Part shown: in pieces, positions 10,360 through 20,428 of the stretch
Layout of the letters: the number at the start of each line of letters is the position of its first letter
Position numbering within the stretch: the stretch's first letter is position 1
Assembly (NCBI GenBank): GCA_963716255.1
Contig: OY970303.1
Location: 4,160,001 to 4,224,000 of the forward strand
Reading direction: 5' to 3'
DNA length: 64,000 bases
Source: an uncultured Gemmatimonadales bacterium
GTDB lineage: Bacteria > Gemmatimonadota > Gemmatimonadetes > Longimicrobiales > Longimicrobiaceae
Made by a program: the position numbers and the translations under genes
The notes under the pieces: generated by a model
What the model was told of the DNA's origin: nothing
Database searches by the model: none
What the model saw: the letters and a program-made list of their open reading frames with translations, nothing else

Positions 10360-11179
10360 CCGCCGGCGGACGGGTCCCGTGCCGCCGCGTGCCGCGGCCC
10401 TCCTCGCGCTGGCCCTCCTGGCCGGGTGCCGGGCGGGACAGAACTACGCCGGCGCCGGGCCGCGCTACGCGGGCCCTCCGCCCGCCGCGGCCGCGCGGCG
10501 CGCAGGCGACACCCTGCGGCTGGTGACCTTCAACATCGCGTACGCGCGGCACGTGGACGAGGCGATCGCGCTGCTCGCCGGTGAGCCCGCGCTGCGCGGG
10601 GCGGACGTGGTCCTGCTCCAGGAGATGGACGCCCCGGGGACGCGGCGCATCGCGGAAGCGCTGGGGCTGGGGTACGTGTACTATCCCGCCATCGTCCACC
10701 ACCGCACCGAGCGCGACTTCGGCAACGCGGTGCTGTCGCGCTGGCCCATCGTGGAGGACGCCCGGATCGTGCTGCCGCACCGCTCCCGCTACGCGGGCAC
10801 GCAGCGCACCGCCACGGCCGCCACCCTCCAGGTGGGGGGCGAGCGGGTGCGCGTCTACTCGGCGCACCTGGGCACCATCGCGGACGTGGGCCCCGGCGCC
10901 CGCCGCGAGCAGCTGCGCGCCGTCCTCGCCGACGCGGGGCGCTATTCCCGCGTGGTCATCGGCGGCGACCTGAACGACGCCGGGGTGGGCAGGGTCGCGC
11001 GGGAGGCGGGGTACGCCTGGCCCACGGAGCGGGGGCCGCGCACCATGCGCCTGGGGCGGGTGGACCACCTCTTCCTGCGGGGGCTGGCGAGCCCGGACAC
11101 GGCCGCCGCGGGGACCGTGGTGGACACGCACGGCGCCAGCGACCACCGCCCGGTGTGGGCCGTGGGGCTCCTGCGCTGA
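10352..11179 (+). CDS. Endonuclease/exonuclease/phosphatase (EEP) family lipoprotein
   Basis: TFNI, LLQE, GDLN, VDH, SDH motifs; LAGC lipobox. Confidence 0.9.
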   Translation: MRSRRRTGPVPPRAAALLALALLAGCRAGQNYAGAGPRYAGPPPAAAARRAGDTLRLVTFNIAYARHVDEAIALLAGEPALRGADVVLLQEMDAPGTRRIAEALGLGYVYYPAIVHHRTERDFGNAVLSRWPIVEDARIVLPHRSRYAGTQRTATAATLQVGGERVRVYSAHLGTIADVGPGARREQLRAVLADAGRYSRVVIGGDLNDAGVGRVAREAGYAWPTERGPRTMRLGRVDHLFLRGLASPDTAAAGTVVDTHGASDHRPVWAVGLLR

Positions 11180-11342
11180 GGAGGGGCGCTCGCGTCCACG
11201 CGGCTGCGGGGTGGGTTTGCAGCGGACGGGCCCGTGCGCTACAATGCGGCGGGGAGCCGGCGGGAGCGGGTCCTGCCGCCGTCCATGGGCTCAGGCTCTT
11301 TCAACGTCCGGGTGGACCGGACCGGATCTCAGGGAAACACGC

Positions 11343-11819
11343 ATGCCTCTGAAGCAGGGTGACGCGGCCCCCGACGTGACGCTCCCGTCGCACACGGGCG
11401 AGCAGGTCTCGCTGGCCGGCCTGTGGAGCCGGCAGCCGGTGGTGGTGCTCTTCTTCCCGCTGGCCTTCACCTCCACCTGCACGGAGGAACTGTGCTCGGT
11501 GGGGAACGACCTGGCCTCGTACCAGCAGCTGCAGGCGCAGCCGGTGGCGATCAGCGTGGACTCGCCGTTCACGCTGGCGCGCTTCCGCGCCGAGTGCGGC
11601 GCCGACTACCCCTTTCTCTCGGACTTCAACCGCGAGGCCAGCGAGGCCTTCGGGGTGGTGCGCGAGGCGCCGCTGGGCCCCGGCCTCCGCCGCGCCGCGG
11701 ACCGCGCCGCCTTCGTGGTGGGCCGCGACGGCAGGGTGGCCTACGCCTGGCACTCCACCAATCCGGGGCTGCTCCCCCCGTTCGACGAGATCAAGGCGGC
11801 GCTGAAGACGCTGGCCTGA
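11343..11819 (+). CDS. Peroxiredoxin (AhpC/TSA, AhpE-like)
   Basis: FFPLAFTSTCTEE (PxxxTxxC) motif. Confidence 0.92.
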   Translation: MPLKQGDAAPDVTLPSHTGEQVSLAGLWSRQPVVVLFFPLAFTSTCTEELCSVGNDLASYQQLQAQPVAISVDSPFTLARFRAECGADYPFLSDFNREASEAFGVVREAPLGPGLRRAADRAAFVVGRDGRVAYAWHSTNPGLLPPFDEIKAALKTLA

Positions 11820-11846
11820 ACAGACGGCAGCACGAAGCACGGTGTA

Positions 11847-11891
11847 CGAAAAGGCGCCCCCGCCGGGATCTCCCGGCTGGGGCGCCTTTCG
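11847..11891. terminator. Family D bidirectional hairpin (CCCCGCCGGGA core)
   Basis: Long GC stem with A/T flanks between convergent genes; near-identical copies at 38625 and 50255. Confidence 0.7.
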
Positions 11892-11895
11892 CAGG

Positions 11896-11950
11896 CCCTC
11901 ACCCGGCTCGCTTGAGGCTCGCCACCCTCTCCCGATTCCGGGAGAGGGTG
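11896..11950. repeat. Family C REP-like element
   Basis: CCCTCACCCGGCTCGCTTGAGGCTCGCC plus CCCTCTCCC/GGGAGAGGG hairpin; 28-bp exact inverted match to 30846-30873. Confidence 0.85.
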
Positions 11951-11983
11951 CCAACTGCTGGATCTGGAATGCGAGCAGGCAGT

Positions 11984-12116
11984 GCGTGAGGGATTACGGC
12001 CCGAAGGGGCGAGACCCGGCGGGGCGGTTTCCGCCGGGTCTCGACTCCGTTGCAGACGGTCGTTTCGTCTGCTACGGAGCCGAAGCCCGACCCCGGCGCC
12101 AGCCGGGGGCACGCCC
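11984..12116 (+). repeat. Family A structured element copy 3
   Basis: Conserved framework. Confidence 0.95.
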
Positions 12117-12130
12117 AAACCCGCCCTACC

Positions 12131-13027
12131 TTACGCCGTAGCCGCGCGCAGGATCTCCCGCATGTCGTCGGGAGAAAAATGGTACGCTTCGTTGCAGAAG
12201 TGGCACACCACCTCGGTGTACGGCTGCTCCTCCTCCTCGATGATGCGCGTGATCTCCGCCTCGCCCAGGCTGACGATGGCGCTCTCGAACCGCTCGCGCG
12301 AGCACGGGCAGTGGAAGCGCACGGGGTAGCGGTCCAGCAGGTTGAATCCCTCCGGGAAGATCTTCTCCAGCACCTGCTCCGGCGTGGTCCCCTCGCGGAT
12401 CAGGGTGGTGGGATGGGGCAGCGCCGCGATGCGCTCCTCGATGGCGGTGATCTCGTCGTCCTGGAGACCGGGGAGCAGCTGCACCAGGTAGCCGCCCGCG
12501 GCCTCCACGCGCCCGTCCGGCACCACGAACACCCCGATCCCCACGGCGCTGGCGGTCTGCTCGCTGCGCGCCAGGTAGTAGGCCAGGTCGTCGCCGATCT
12601 CGCCGGACTGGAGCTCCACCGTCCCCTGGTAGGGGTCCTTCATCCCCAGGTTCTTGGTGACGGACAGGTACCCGTCGGTCCCCACCACGCCGGCCACGTT
12701 CAGCTTTCCCGGGCGGACGCTCTCGGCGTGCGCGCGGGGGTTGCCCACCAGCCCGCGCACCTCGCCGCGCCCGTTGGCGGTGGCGACGATGCGCCCCGCC
12801 GGCCCGCCGCCCCGCACCTCCACGCTGAGCGACTGGTCCTCCTCCTTGAGCGACGCGGCGCTCAGCAGGAGCGCGCCCATGGCGGTGCGCCCCAGCGCGG
12901 CGCTCACGGCCGGGTAGGTGCCGTGCTTCTCCTGGAGCGCCCGCACCACCCAGGTGGCGTCGAGCGCGAAGGCGCGCACCCGCTCGTCGAGCGCGGTGGC
13001 GCGCACAAGGTAGTCCCGATCCGACAT
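12131..13027 (-). CDS. hslO: Hsp33 redox-regulated chaperone
   Basis: SEQ motif, CPCS...CHFC zinc-binding motif. Confidence 0.95.
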   Translation of the reverse strand: MSDRDYLVRATALDERVRAFALDATWVVRALQEKHGTYPAVSAALGRTAMGALLLSAASLKEEDQSLSVEVRGGGPAGRIVATANGRGEVRGLVGNPRAHAESVRPGKLNVAGVVGTDGYLSVTKNLGMKDPYQGTVELQSGEIGDDLAYYLARSEQTASAVGIGVFVVPDGRVEAAGGYLVQLLPGLQDDEITAIEERIAALPHPTTLIREGTTPEQVLEKIFPEGFNLLDRYPVRFHCPCSRERFESAIVSLGEAEITRIIEEEEQPYTEVVCHFCNEAYHFSPDDMREILRAATA

Positions 13028-13108
13028 CGCTCCCTCCGATGGTGTCGCAAAAAAGGGCCGCGGCCTGTGTAGGTGGCCGCGGCTGAAGGAGATACACCGC
13101 TGGGGCGG

Positions 13109-16100
13109 TCAGGTTCGGAGGAGGCCGGCGAGGAAGCCGGGTCTGCGGTGCCTGCCCAGGAGGCTGTCGCGGAGGGCAGGCGCGAGGGTGACGGGGAGGC
13201 GCGCACGCCCCATTCGCAGAAGCTCGTCGGCGTCCACGGGGAAGATGCGCACGGTGCCATCATCGCTGACGGTGACTACTCGCTTCCCGTCCGGGGTAAA
13301 GCTTGCAATGAGAAGGTTTCCTCGTGGGCAGCGCAAGATTGAATGCGGCCGACCTGTGTTCGCGTGCCAGACTTGCGCGATGTTGGCGCCGACGGTCAAG
13401 AAGTACCGGCCGTCCGGGCTGAACACCGGTGCGCTGGCGCCGGTCCGCGACTCAACGAAAAGTATCCGTGAATTGCCAGTATCTACGTTCCAGATTCGTG
13501 CGGTACCATCGGTACTGGTCGTCATGACGAGACGCCCGTCGGGGCTGAAGGCGGCGCCTCCGATCACGTCTTTCTGCCCGCGGAGGATGGCGGTTGTTTG
13601 CCCTGTGGCGACATCCCAGATGCGGGCGGTACTGTCCGAGCTTGTCGTGATGACACGGCGACCGTCGGGACTGAAGGAGGCATGCCTGATCACTCGCGTA
13701 TGCCCACTCAAGGTGTCGGTCACCTGGCCTGTCGCTACATCCCAGATTCGAGCGGTATGGTCCTCACCCGCTGTGATGACGCGCTGACCGTCGGGGCTGA
13801 AGGCGACCGCCAGGACCACCCTCGAATTCGTGTTCAGGATGCCGGTTGCCTGACCTCTCGCAAGGTCCCAGACACGCACGGTGATGTCTAGGCCTCCGGT
13901 GAGGACGTGCCGTCCGTCCGAACTGAACGCGGTGGCAAAGATTCCGCCCACATGCCCGCGTAGAGTGTCGGTCGCCCGGTTCATCGCTACATCCCAGATT
14001 TGTGCTGTGCCGTCAGCGTGACCGGCGACGATATACCGCCCATCGGGACTGATGGAGGCGTCGTTGATGTAGTTCGCGTTCCCGCGTGGGGTGTCGGTCG
14101 TCTGGCCTGCCGCCACATTCCAGATACGCGCGTCGCCGCTGCTCGCCGTGACGATGAGTCGACCGTTGGGGCTGAAGGCGGCGTCGTTGATAAAGCTCCT
14201 CCCCCCGCCCAGGGTGTCGGTCACTTGACCTGTCGCAATGTCCCAGACCCACGCAGTACTGATTCGGCTGGCGGTGACGATGCGCCGTCCGTCGGAGCTG
14301 AAGGCGGCGGATTTGGCTCCGCCTGCGTGTCCGCGCAAGGTGTCGGTCGCCTGACCTGTCGCGACGTCCCAGATGCACGCGGTGCCATCCGCGCTAGCCG
14401 TAACTACGCGCTGGCCGTTGGGGCTGAATGAGGCGTCGTCGATGATGTCGGTGTGTCCGCGCAGGACGGCGGTCGCCTGGCCAGTCACTGCATCCCAGAT
14501 TCGAGCGGTATGATCCCATCCAGCCGTGACGACGTGCAGACCGTCAGGGCTGAAGTGGGCGGCGACGACCCAGCCTGTATGCCCGCGCAAGGTGCGGGTT
14601 GCACGACCAGTCGCTGCATCCCAGATGAGAACGGTGCCATTCTCGCCGGTTGTGACGACGTGCTGACCGTCGGGGCTGAACGCCGCTCCCATGACAAAAC
14701 TGTGGTGCCCGTCCATGATCATGGATGCCCTACCTGTCGCAGCGTCCCAGATGCGTGCCGTGCCGTCGGAACTGGCTGTGACGACGTGCCGACCGTCGGG
14801 GCTGAAGGCGGCGGTGTTGATCAAGCTGGTATGCCCGTACAGGGTGACGATCGCCCGGCCTGTCGCAGCATCCCAAATGCGTGCTGTGCCGTCGCTGTTT
14901 GCTGTGACGATGCGTCGACCGTCGGGGCTGAAAGCGGCAGCGTTGACCCCGCCGGTGTGCCCGTTCAGAACGGCCCGTAACGTAGGAGCATCGAGCGCGC
15001 GTCGCAGTGCGTCGGATGACTCGAACGTTGGTGCCCGCTCCGCCGCTCTGATGGCGACGAGGAGGGCGTCGGTCGCGTCAGACGGGAGCGTGGCCACCGC
15101 CTGCGCCGCCAGCTCCCGCGATTCCGCCTCCGCGGTGCGACGCTCCGAGCGCACCCACTGGAAGAACGCGAACGCACCGATCCCGAGCGCGGCCACGGAC
15201 ACCCGCGCCAGCCCCCGCGCCAGCCTCCCGGTCCGCCGCGCCGACCGCTTCGCCCCCTCGGCCGCCTCGCGCTCCGCCACGGCACGCGCCTCCGCCTCCT
15301 CGGACAGCCGGCGCGCCATCTCCAGCTCGCGCTGCCGCCGCTCTTCCGCCTCGCGCGCGGCCCGGTCCCGCGCCTCCACGCTCGCCGCCAGGAAGTCGCG
15401 CTCCCGCGGCCGCAGGTCGTCCCCGTTCTCGGCCGCCCACTGCTCCGCCTCCGCCAGGTGCGCGCCGCGCAGGAGCGCGTCCGGGTCCTCCCCCAGTCGC
15501 CCCCACTCCGCCGCCGCGTCCATCACCCGCCGCTCCACGCGGATGGCGTCGCGGTGCGCGTCGATCCACCCGCGCAGCCGCGGCCACTCGCGGATCAGCG
15601 CCTCGTGCGCCACCTCCACCACGTCGCTCTCGCCCTCCCGGCGGGTGACCACCAGGCGCGCGTCCGCCAGGCTCACCAGCACCCGCTCCGCCACCGCCTC
15701 GTCCGCGCCCAGCGCGACCACCTCGTCGCGGGCGGCGCGGCGGCGCGTGTCCTCCGTCCCCTCGCCGGGCGTGGTGAGCCGCAGGAACACCTTTTCCGCG
15801 ATCGCCTTGCCGGTGTCGTCCAGGCCGTCGAAGACCGCGTCCGCGTGGTGCGCCAGCGCGCCGCTGATCCCGCCGATCTCCTCGTAGGCGGCGTGCGTCA
15901 GCGTGCCCCCGTGGCGCCGCTCCCACAGCTGGAGGAGGGCGTGCTCCACCAGGGGCAGGTTCCCCGGCTCCTCGCCCGCGTCGTCCAGCACGCGGTCCGC
16001 CAGCCCCGGCTCGAAGGCGGCGCCCGCCAGGGCGAGCGGCTTCTCCACCGCCTCGCGCCGCTCCGCCCGGTCCAGGGGGCGCACGGCGTGCTGGTTCTGG

Positions 16101-17134
16101 GCGATGCGCCCCGGCAGATCGGGGTGCTCCCAGCAGCGCGAGTAGAAATCGGCGCGCAGGGTGGCGACCACGTGCACCGGCCGGTCCCCGCCGCCGTCCG
16201 CCGCGCGCAGCAGCGAGTCCACCAGCCGCCGCCGCTCTCCTGGTTGCGAGCCGTGGGTGAACAGCTCCTCCAGCTGGTCCACGACCAGCAGCGTCCGCTG
16301 TCCCGGCGGGACCAGCCCGGCGATGGAGTTTTCCAGCCCGGTGTCGCCGCTCTCCAGCTCCGCGCGGCACTGGCCCACGACGCGGATCCGCTCGGCGCGC
16401 GACAGCTCCGGGTCCAGATCGGGGAGGGCGCCCGCCAGCTCCCGGAAGGGATCATTGCCGGGGCGGAAGACGGCGACCCGCCAGCGGCCTCCCCGGGATC
16501 GGGCGTCGTCGATGCGCCCGCGGTGGAGCGCCGGCACCAGGCCGGCCCGCACCAGCGACGACTTGCCGCTCCCCGACGCCCCCACCACCGCCAGGAAGCG
16601 GTCCGCGCGCAGCTTCTCCACCAGCGCCGCGGTCTCGCGGTCGCGGCCGAAGTACAGGTGCGCGTGCTCCACGTCGAAGTACTCCAGCCCGCGGAACGGG
16701 GCCGTGCCCGGCGCGAGGAGCGAGACCGCCTCCGGGGGGCGCGCGAGGACCGCGCCCACCAGCCGCTTCAGCTCCTCCGGCGAGGCGCCCCGCCGCAGGT
16801 CCACGCGCTGGTGCTGCGCGAGGAAGGAGGGGAGGGCCGCGGGATCCGAGCCGGGCGCCAGGATGGGGACGATGCGGAAGGCGGGCTCGGCGACGCTCCG
16901 CTCCAGCGCGACGCGGACTTCCCGGTCCACCCAGCGCTGGATCCCGTCCGCGCCCACGTAGACCGCGAAGCCGTCCGCGCCGCGGAGCGCTTCCTCCAGC
17001 GCCGGCATCCAGAGGACGCCCGGCTGGAGGTGGTCCAGGTCGAGCCACACCTCCAGCCCCGCGTCCCGGAGGCGGCGCGCCAGCTCCCGGGCTCCGTCCG
17101 AGTCCGCGCCGGAATGACTGAGGAAGAGCAGCAT
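13109..17134 (-). CDS. TIR - STAND NTPase (nSTAND1-like) - TM - 14x WD40 NLR-like protein
   Basis: FLSHS...WVDRE TIR; PFRGL, GASGSGKSS Walker A, LVVDQLEE Walker B, LRADFY, HEAL...WPRL; 14 GH...WD repeats. Confidence 0.92.
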   Translation of the reverse strand: MLLFLSHSGADSDGARELARRLRDAGLEVWLDLDHLQPGVLWMPALEEALRGADGFAVYVGADGIQRWVDREVRVALERSVAEPAFRIVPILAPGSDPAALPSFLAQHQRVDLRRGASPEELKRLVGAVLARPPEAVSLLAPGTAPFRGLEYFDVEHAHLYFGRDRETAALVEKLRADRFLAVVGASGSGKSSLVRAGLVPALHRGRIDDARSRGGRWRVAVFRPGNDPFRELAGALPDLDPELSRAERIRVVGQCRAELESGDTGLENSIAGLVPPGQRTLLVVDQLEELFTHGSQPGERRRLVDSLLRAADGGGDRPVHVVATLRADFYSRCWEHPDLPGRIAQNQHAVRPLDRAERREAVEKPLALAGAAFEPGLADRVLDDAGEEPGNLPLVEHALLQLWERRHGGTLTHAAYEEIGGISGALAHHADAVFDGLDDTGKAIAEKVFLRLTTPGEGTEDTRRRAARDEVVALGADEAVAERVLVSLADARLVVTRREGESDVVEVAHEALIREWPRLRGWIDAHRDAIRVERRVMDAAAEWGRLGEDPDALLRGAHLAEAEQWAAENGDDLRPRERDFLAASVEARDRAAREAEERRQRELEMARRLSEEAEARAVAEREAAEGAKRSARRTGRLARGLARVSVAALGIGAFAFFQWVRSERRTAEAESRELAAQAVATLPSDATDALLVAIRAAERAPTFESSDALRRALDAPTLRAVLNGHTGGVNAAAFSPDGRRIVTANSDGTARIWDAATGRAIVTLYGHTSLINTAAFSPDGRHVVTASSDGTARIWDAATGRASMIMDGHHSFVMGAAFSPDGQHVVTTGENGTVLIWDAATGRATRTLRGHTGWVVAAHFSPDGLHVVTAGWDHTARIWDAVTGQATAVLRGHTDIIDDASFSPNGQRVVTASADGTACIWDVATGQATDTLRGHAGGAKSAAFSSDGRRIVTASRISTAWVWDIATGQVTDTLGGGRSFINDAAFSPNGRLIVTASSGDARIWNVAAGQTTDTPRGNANYINDASISPDGRYIVAGHADGTAQIWDVAMNRATDTLRGHVGGIFATAFSSDGRHVLTGGLDITVRVWDLARGQATGILNTNSRVVLAVAFSPDGQRVITAGEDHTARIWDVATGQVTDTLSGHTRVIRHASFSPDGRRVITTSSDSTARIWDVATGQTTAILRGQKDVIGGAAFSPDGRLVMTTSTDGTARIWNVDTGNSRILFVESRTGASAPVFSPDGRYFLTVGANIAQVWHANTGRPHSILRCPRGNLLIASFTPDGKRVVTVSDDGTVRIFPVDADELLRMGRARLPVTLAPALRDSLLGRHRRPGFLAGLLRT

Positions 17135-17327
17135 GGATGCGGCGGCTCAGGGAAGGGGCCGAAGAGAATGCGCGGACGTAAAGTCGTTCGCCGCCGCGGG
17201 CAGATCAAGGCAGTCGTTCCGCCTTTTCCGCCGCTGCGCCGGGAGCAGGTGCGCACGGGACCACGGATTGCAGTGCCCGCCGGGGATCCAGCGTGGCGAG
17301 CGGAACCGGGAGACGGGGAGAGACATC

Positions 17328-18083
17328 ATGGCGGAAAGCATCGGGCCGCGGGCGGAGGTGCTCCGCACGCGCGACTTCATCGGCTGGGACGTGTGGGACT
17401 CGCAGGGGGAGAAGATCGGGACGGTCAAGGACCTGCTGATCGACCGGACGGGGAGGGTGCGCTTCCTGGCCGTGGACTTCGGGATGTTCCGGCGGGGGCA
17501 CGTGCTCCTCCCCGTGTCCAGCGTGGACTGGGGCGAGGACGCCATGGTGGCGCACTGGACGCGCGACGAGGTGCGGGCCCTGCCGCTGTACGAGCCGGAC
17601 CGCCCGTTCACCGGCGAGATGTACGACGAGCTGCGCCGCTCGCACCCGCGCTTCTACGGCGAGGGACAGGCGGGCGCGGCGCCGGTGGCGCTGCCGGGGG
17701 AGGCGCGCATCGTCCCGCTGAAGACGGCAAAGGACTTCAAGCTGGCGGGCGACGCCCCGGACCTGCGGGGGTGGACGGTGTACGCGGCGGACCGCCGGCG
17801 GGTGGGCACCGTCAGCGAGATGCTGGTGGACCCCGCGGCGATGAAGATCCGCTACCTGGACGTGGACCTGGACGACGACCTGTTCACGCTCACCGACGAC
17901 CGCCACGTGCTGGTTCCCACCGAGGCGGTGGACCTCCAGGAGCGCAGCCGCGACGTGTGGATCCGCGACCTGGGCGCGGACGAGATCGCGCTGCTCCCGG
18001 CGTACATGGGCGGGCCGGTGGACACGCTGGTGGAGGAGCGCGTGCGGGGGACGTTCGGGGGCGGGAACCGGGGGCAGGGCTGA
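17328..18083 (+). CDS. Tandem PRC-barrel domain protein
   Basis: Two GWxV...G.V..LL.D...RYL.V PRC units. Confidence 0.88.
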   Translation: MAESIGPRAEVLRTRDFIGWDVWDSQGEKIGTVKDLLIDRTGRVRFLAVDFGMFRRGHVLLPVSSVDWGEDAMVAHWTRDEVRALPLYEPDRPFTGEMYDELRRSHPRFYGEGQAGAAPVALPGEARIVPLKTAKDFKLAGDAPDLRGWTVYAADRRRVGTVSEMLVDPAAMKIRYLDVDLDDDLFTLTDDRHVLVPTEAVDLQERSRDVWIRDLGADEIALLPAYMGGPVDTLVEERVRGTFGGGNRGQG

Positions 18084-18118
18084 CGTTTTCTACGGGATCC
18101 GCTTTGAACGGCGGCTTA

Positions 18119-18248
18119 GGGCGTGCCCCCGGCTGGCGCCGGGGTCGGGCTTCGGCTCCGTAGCAGACGAAACGACCGTCTGCAACGGAGTCGAGCCCCG
18201 ACGATACTGCCGTCGGGTCTCGCCCCTTCGGGCCGTAATCCCTCACGC
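18119..18248 (-). repeat. Family A structured element copy 4
   Basis: Conserved framework. Confidence 0.95.
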
Positions 18249-18303
18249 GACCGACCGACTGGCCTCGGCGTTCCGCGGGCGCCCGGCTCACCCTGATTCC
18301 GCC

Positions 18304-18771
18304 TCACAGGCCCCGGCCGATGCTGTACAGGTAGAGCTGGAGGCGCCGGAGGTGCGCGCCCCAGTGGTGGTCGTAGCCGTCAAAGAAGCGCCACAGGGCG
18401 TCCGGCTCGCCGGTGTGCTCCAGGCACCAGGCGACCGCGGCGAGCTCGTCGGCGATGTCGGCGATGTCGTCGGTCGCGTCCCCCACGACCGTCTCGCCGT
18501 CCCCCACCCCGACGCTCGTGCGCGCGACGGTGTTGTAGAAGCCGTAGCGGGGAAAGCGCGCCGCCGCCAGGCCGCGGGTGCGCGCGTGGTCGGCGGCGGG
18601 GATCGCGACGGAGTCTGCGGGCTCCGCCCGCTCCCGGCCGGAGTGCGCGGCGAGACCCAGCTGGTCGCACAGGACCGCCAGCCGTCTCTCGTCCTCGTCC
18701 AGCGATCCGCTCCCGTGCCCCAGGAGGTCGGTGAAGCGGCGGGTCAGGTCGCGGAGCTCGCCAGGTGTCAT
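18304..18771 (-). CDS. Hypothetical protein, DUF5063-like
   Basis: DDIADI...W.F...HWG.H pattern recalled for DUF5063. Confidence 0.65.
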   Translation of the reverse strand: MTPGELRDLTRRFTDLLGHGSGSLDEDERRLAVLCDQLGLAAHSGRERAEPADSVAIPAADHARTRGLAAARFPRYGFYNTVARTSVGVGDGETVVGDATDDIADIADELAAVAWCLEHTGEPDALWRFFDGYDHHWGAHLRRLQLYLYSIGRGL

Positions 18772-18814
18772 GGCCGCGCGGGGTCGCTTTCGGCTCGTTT
18801 GGGACGGCGGATCC

Positions 18815-19096
18815 CTAGATCCGCTTCAGGAACTCCACCCCGCCGATGCGCTTCCCCCGCAGCACGTCGAGCACCAGGGCGCCCTCCCGCGGGTGCTCCA
18901 GCGAGACGTTTTCCGCGAACTGCCACTCCGATCCCGGCTCGTTGGGGAGCGCGGGATCCACGAAGTAGACGTAGGCCCGGCCGTCCTCGGCGGCGCGGAT
19001 GCACCGGGCGAGCGCTTCCGCGAGCCACGGCTCGTCCGGGCGGGACACCCGGGCGAGCTCCACGAGCCAGGTGGGGTCGTACGGCTTCCAGTTCAT
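18815..19096 (-). CDS. Small hypothetical protein
   Basis: MNWKPYDPTWL...IGGVEFL; normal codon bias, GGAG upstream. Confidence 0.7.
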   Translation of the reverse strand: MNWKPYDPTWLVELARVSRPDEPWLAEALARCIRAAEDGRAYVYFVDPALPNEPGSEWQFAENVSLEHPREGALVLDVLRGKRIGGVEFLKRI

Positions 19097-19119
19097 GCTC
19101 CAGGCTCTCCGAGCGACGC

Positions 19120-19566
19120 TCAGGCGGCGGGAGGAGGCGCCACCACGCCGAGCCGCCGCCCGACGAGCGCGCCCAACTCCACCAGCGCGACGTAGCCGTA
19201 GCCGAACAGCAGCACCATCGCGCCCAGGAACAGCATCGACCCGGCGAAGCGGTCCGCGCTGGCCCCTCCCCGGGCGACCAGGGAGTATACCACCAGCGGG
19301 AAGAGCAGCACCGGCACCATGAGAAGGGGGGCCAGCCAGATGGCCCTGCGCAGCTCCCGTGCGGACCGGCGGCGGCTCCACCACACGATGCCTCCGGCGA
19401 CGAGCACGTACGGGAGGCCGCCGATGAGCCCCGACCACGTGACGATGCCCAGCACCGGTGCCGCTCCGGAGCTTTCCCCGACGACCAGGCCCAGGAGCCC
19501 CGCCACCGCGGCCGCCACCAGAGGGAGGAGCAGGCTGCGTACGTAGTAGGTTCGCGCGTTCATCAT
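19120..19566 (-). CDS. Hypothetical four-TM membrane protein
   Basis: Four hydrophobic segments. Confidence 0.7.
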   Translation of the reverse strand: MMNARTYYVRSLLLPLVAAAVAGLLGLVVGESSGAAPVLGIVTWSGLIGGLPYVLVAGGIVWWSRRRSARELRRAIWLAPLLMVPVLLFPLVVYSLVARGGASADRFAGSMLFLGAMVLLFGYGYVALVELGALVGRRLGVVAPPPAA

Positions 19567-19629
19567 CGCCGGCCTTGAAAGAGTGAGAGTGTGTAGGCAC
19601 CCCCCCTCGCGGACGCCAGCGCGGCGCCC

Positions 19630-19759
19630 GCGTGAGGGATTCCGGCCCGAAGGGGCGAGACCCGACAGCAGTATCGTCGGGGCTCGACTCCGTTAGCCCG
19701 CGTTGTTTGCGGGCTTACGGAGCCGAAGCCCGACCCCGGCGCGAGCCGGGGGCACGCCC
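19630..19759 (+). repeat. Family A structured element copy 5
   Basis: Conserved framework. Confidence 0.95.
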
Positions 19760-19770
19760 GAACCTGCTGT

Positions 19771-20394
19771 TCAAAGCCGTTCCAGCCGCTCCACGCACGC
19801 GGCGACCGCGGGCACCGGCGCCACGCGGCTCTGGAACACCGCCGGCCGGAGCTCCCGGATGCGCCAGCCCCTCGCCGGCGTGAAGCGCTCCCGCAGCTCG
19901 TCCTCGCCGACGCGGCGCGGCGAATGGGGGATGGGAAACTCGGTCGCGAACGCGAGGAGATAATACCGGCCGCCGGGGAGCAGCGCGACGGCCAGGTCGT
20001 CGACGAAGCGGCCGCACGTGTCCGGGTCGAACAGGTGGAAGAACCCGGAGTCCACCACCGAGGCGAACCGCCGCCCCAGGAGGGACGGCCGCAGCGCGTC
20101 CGCCACCTGGAAGTCCAGGAGGCCGGCGACCCCGGGAGGAAGCGCGTTCGCCTTCTCTCGCGCCTGCCGGACGGCGGCGTCCACGAAGTCGATCCCGAGC
20201 ACCTGCAGTCCGTCCCGCGCCAGCGAGATGGCAAGGTCGCCGGAGCCGCAGCCCACGTCCAGGACGGGGCCCGCGGGCGGATGCGCGGCGAACAGGGCCG
20301 ACATGTCCGGCTGCGGCCCACCCACGTCCCAGGGCGGAGTCTCGCGGTACACGTCAGCGAAGAAGGCGAGTGGATCGGGGCCGAATCTGCTCAC
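19771..20394 (-). CDS. Class I SAM-dependent methyltransferase
   Basis: PPWD, VLDVGCGSG, DSGFFH motifs. Confidence 0.9.
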   Translation of the reverse strand: MSRFGPDPLAFFADVYRETPPWDVGGPQPDMSALFAAHPPAGPVLDVGCGSGDLAISLARDGLQVLGIDFVDAAVRQAREKANALPPGVAGLLDFQVADALRPSLLGRRFASVVDSGFFHLFDPDTCGRFVDDLAVALLPGGRYYLLAFATEFPIPHSPRRVGEDELRERFTPARGWRIRELRPAVFQSRVAPVPAVAACVERLERL

Positions 20395-20428
20395 GGAGCG
20401 GGTTCTCCTCTTCCGGTTCGGGTCGTCG

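Noticed and set aside
17328..18083. Photosynthetic reaction-centre H subunit
   Set aside because: Generic tandem PRC-barrel with no TM helix and no photosynthesis genes nearby.
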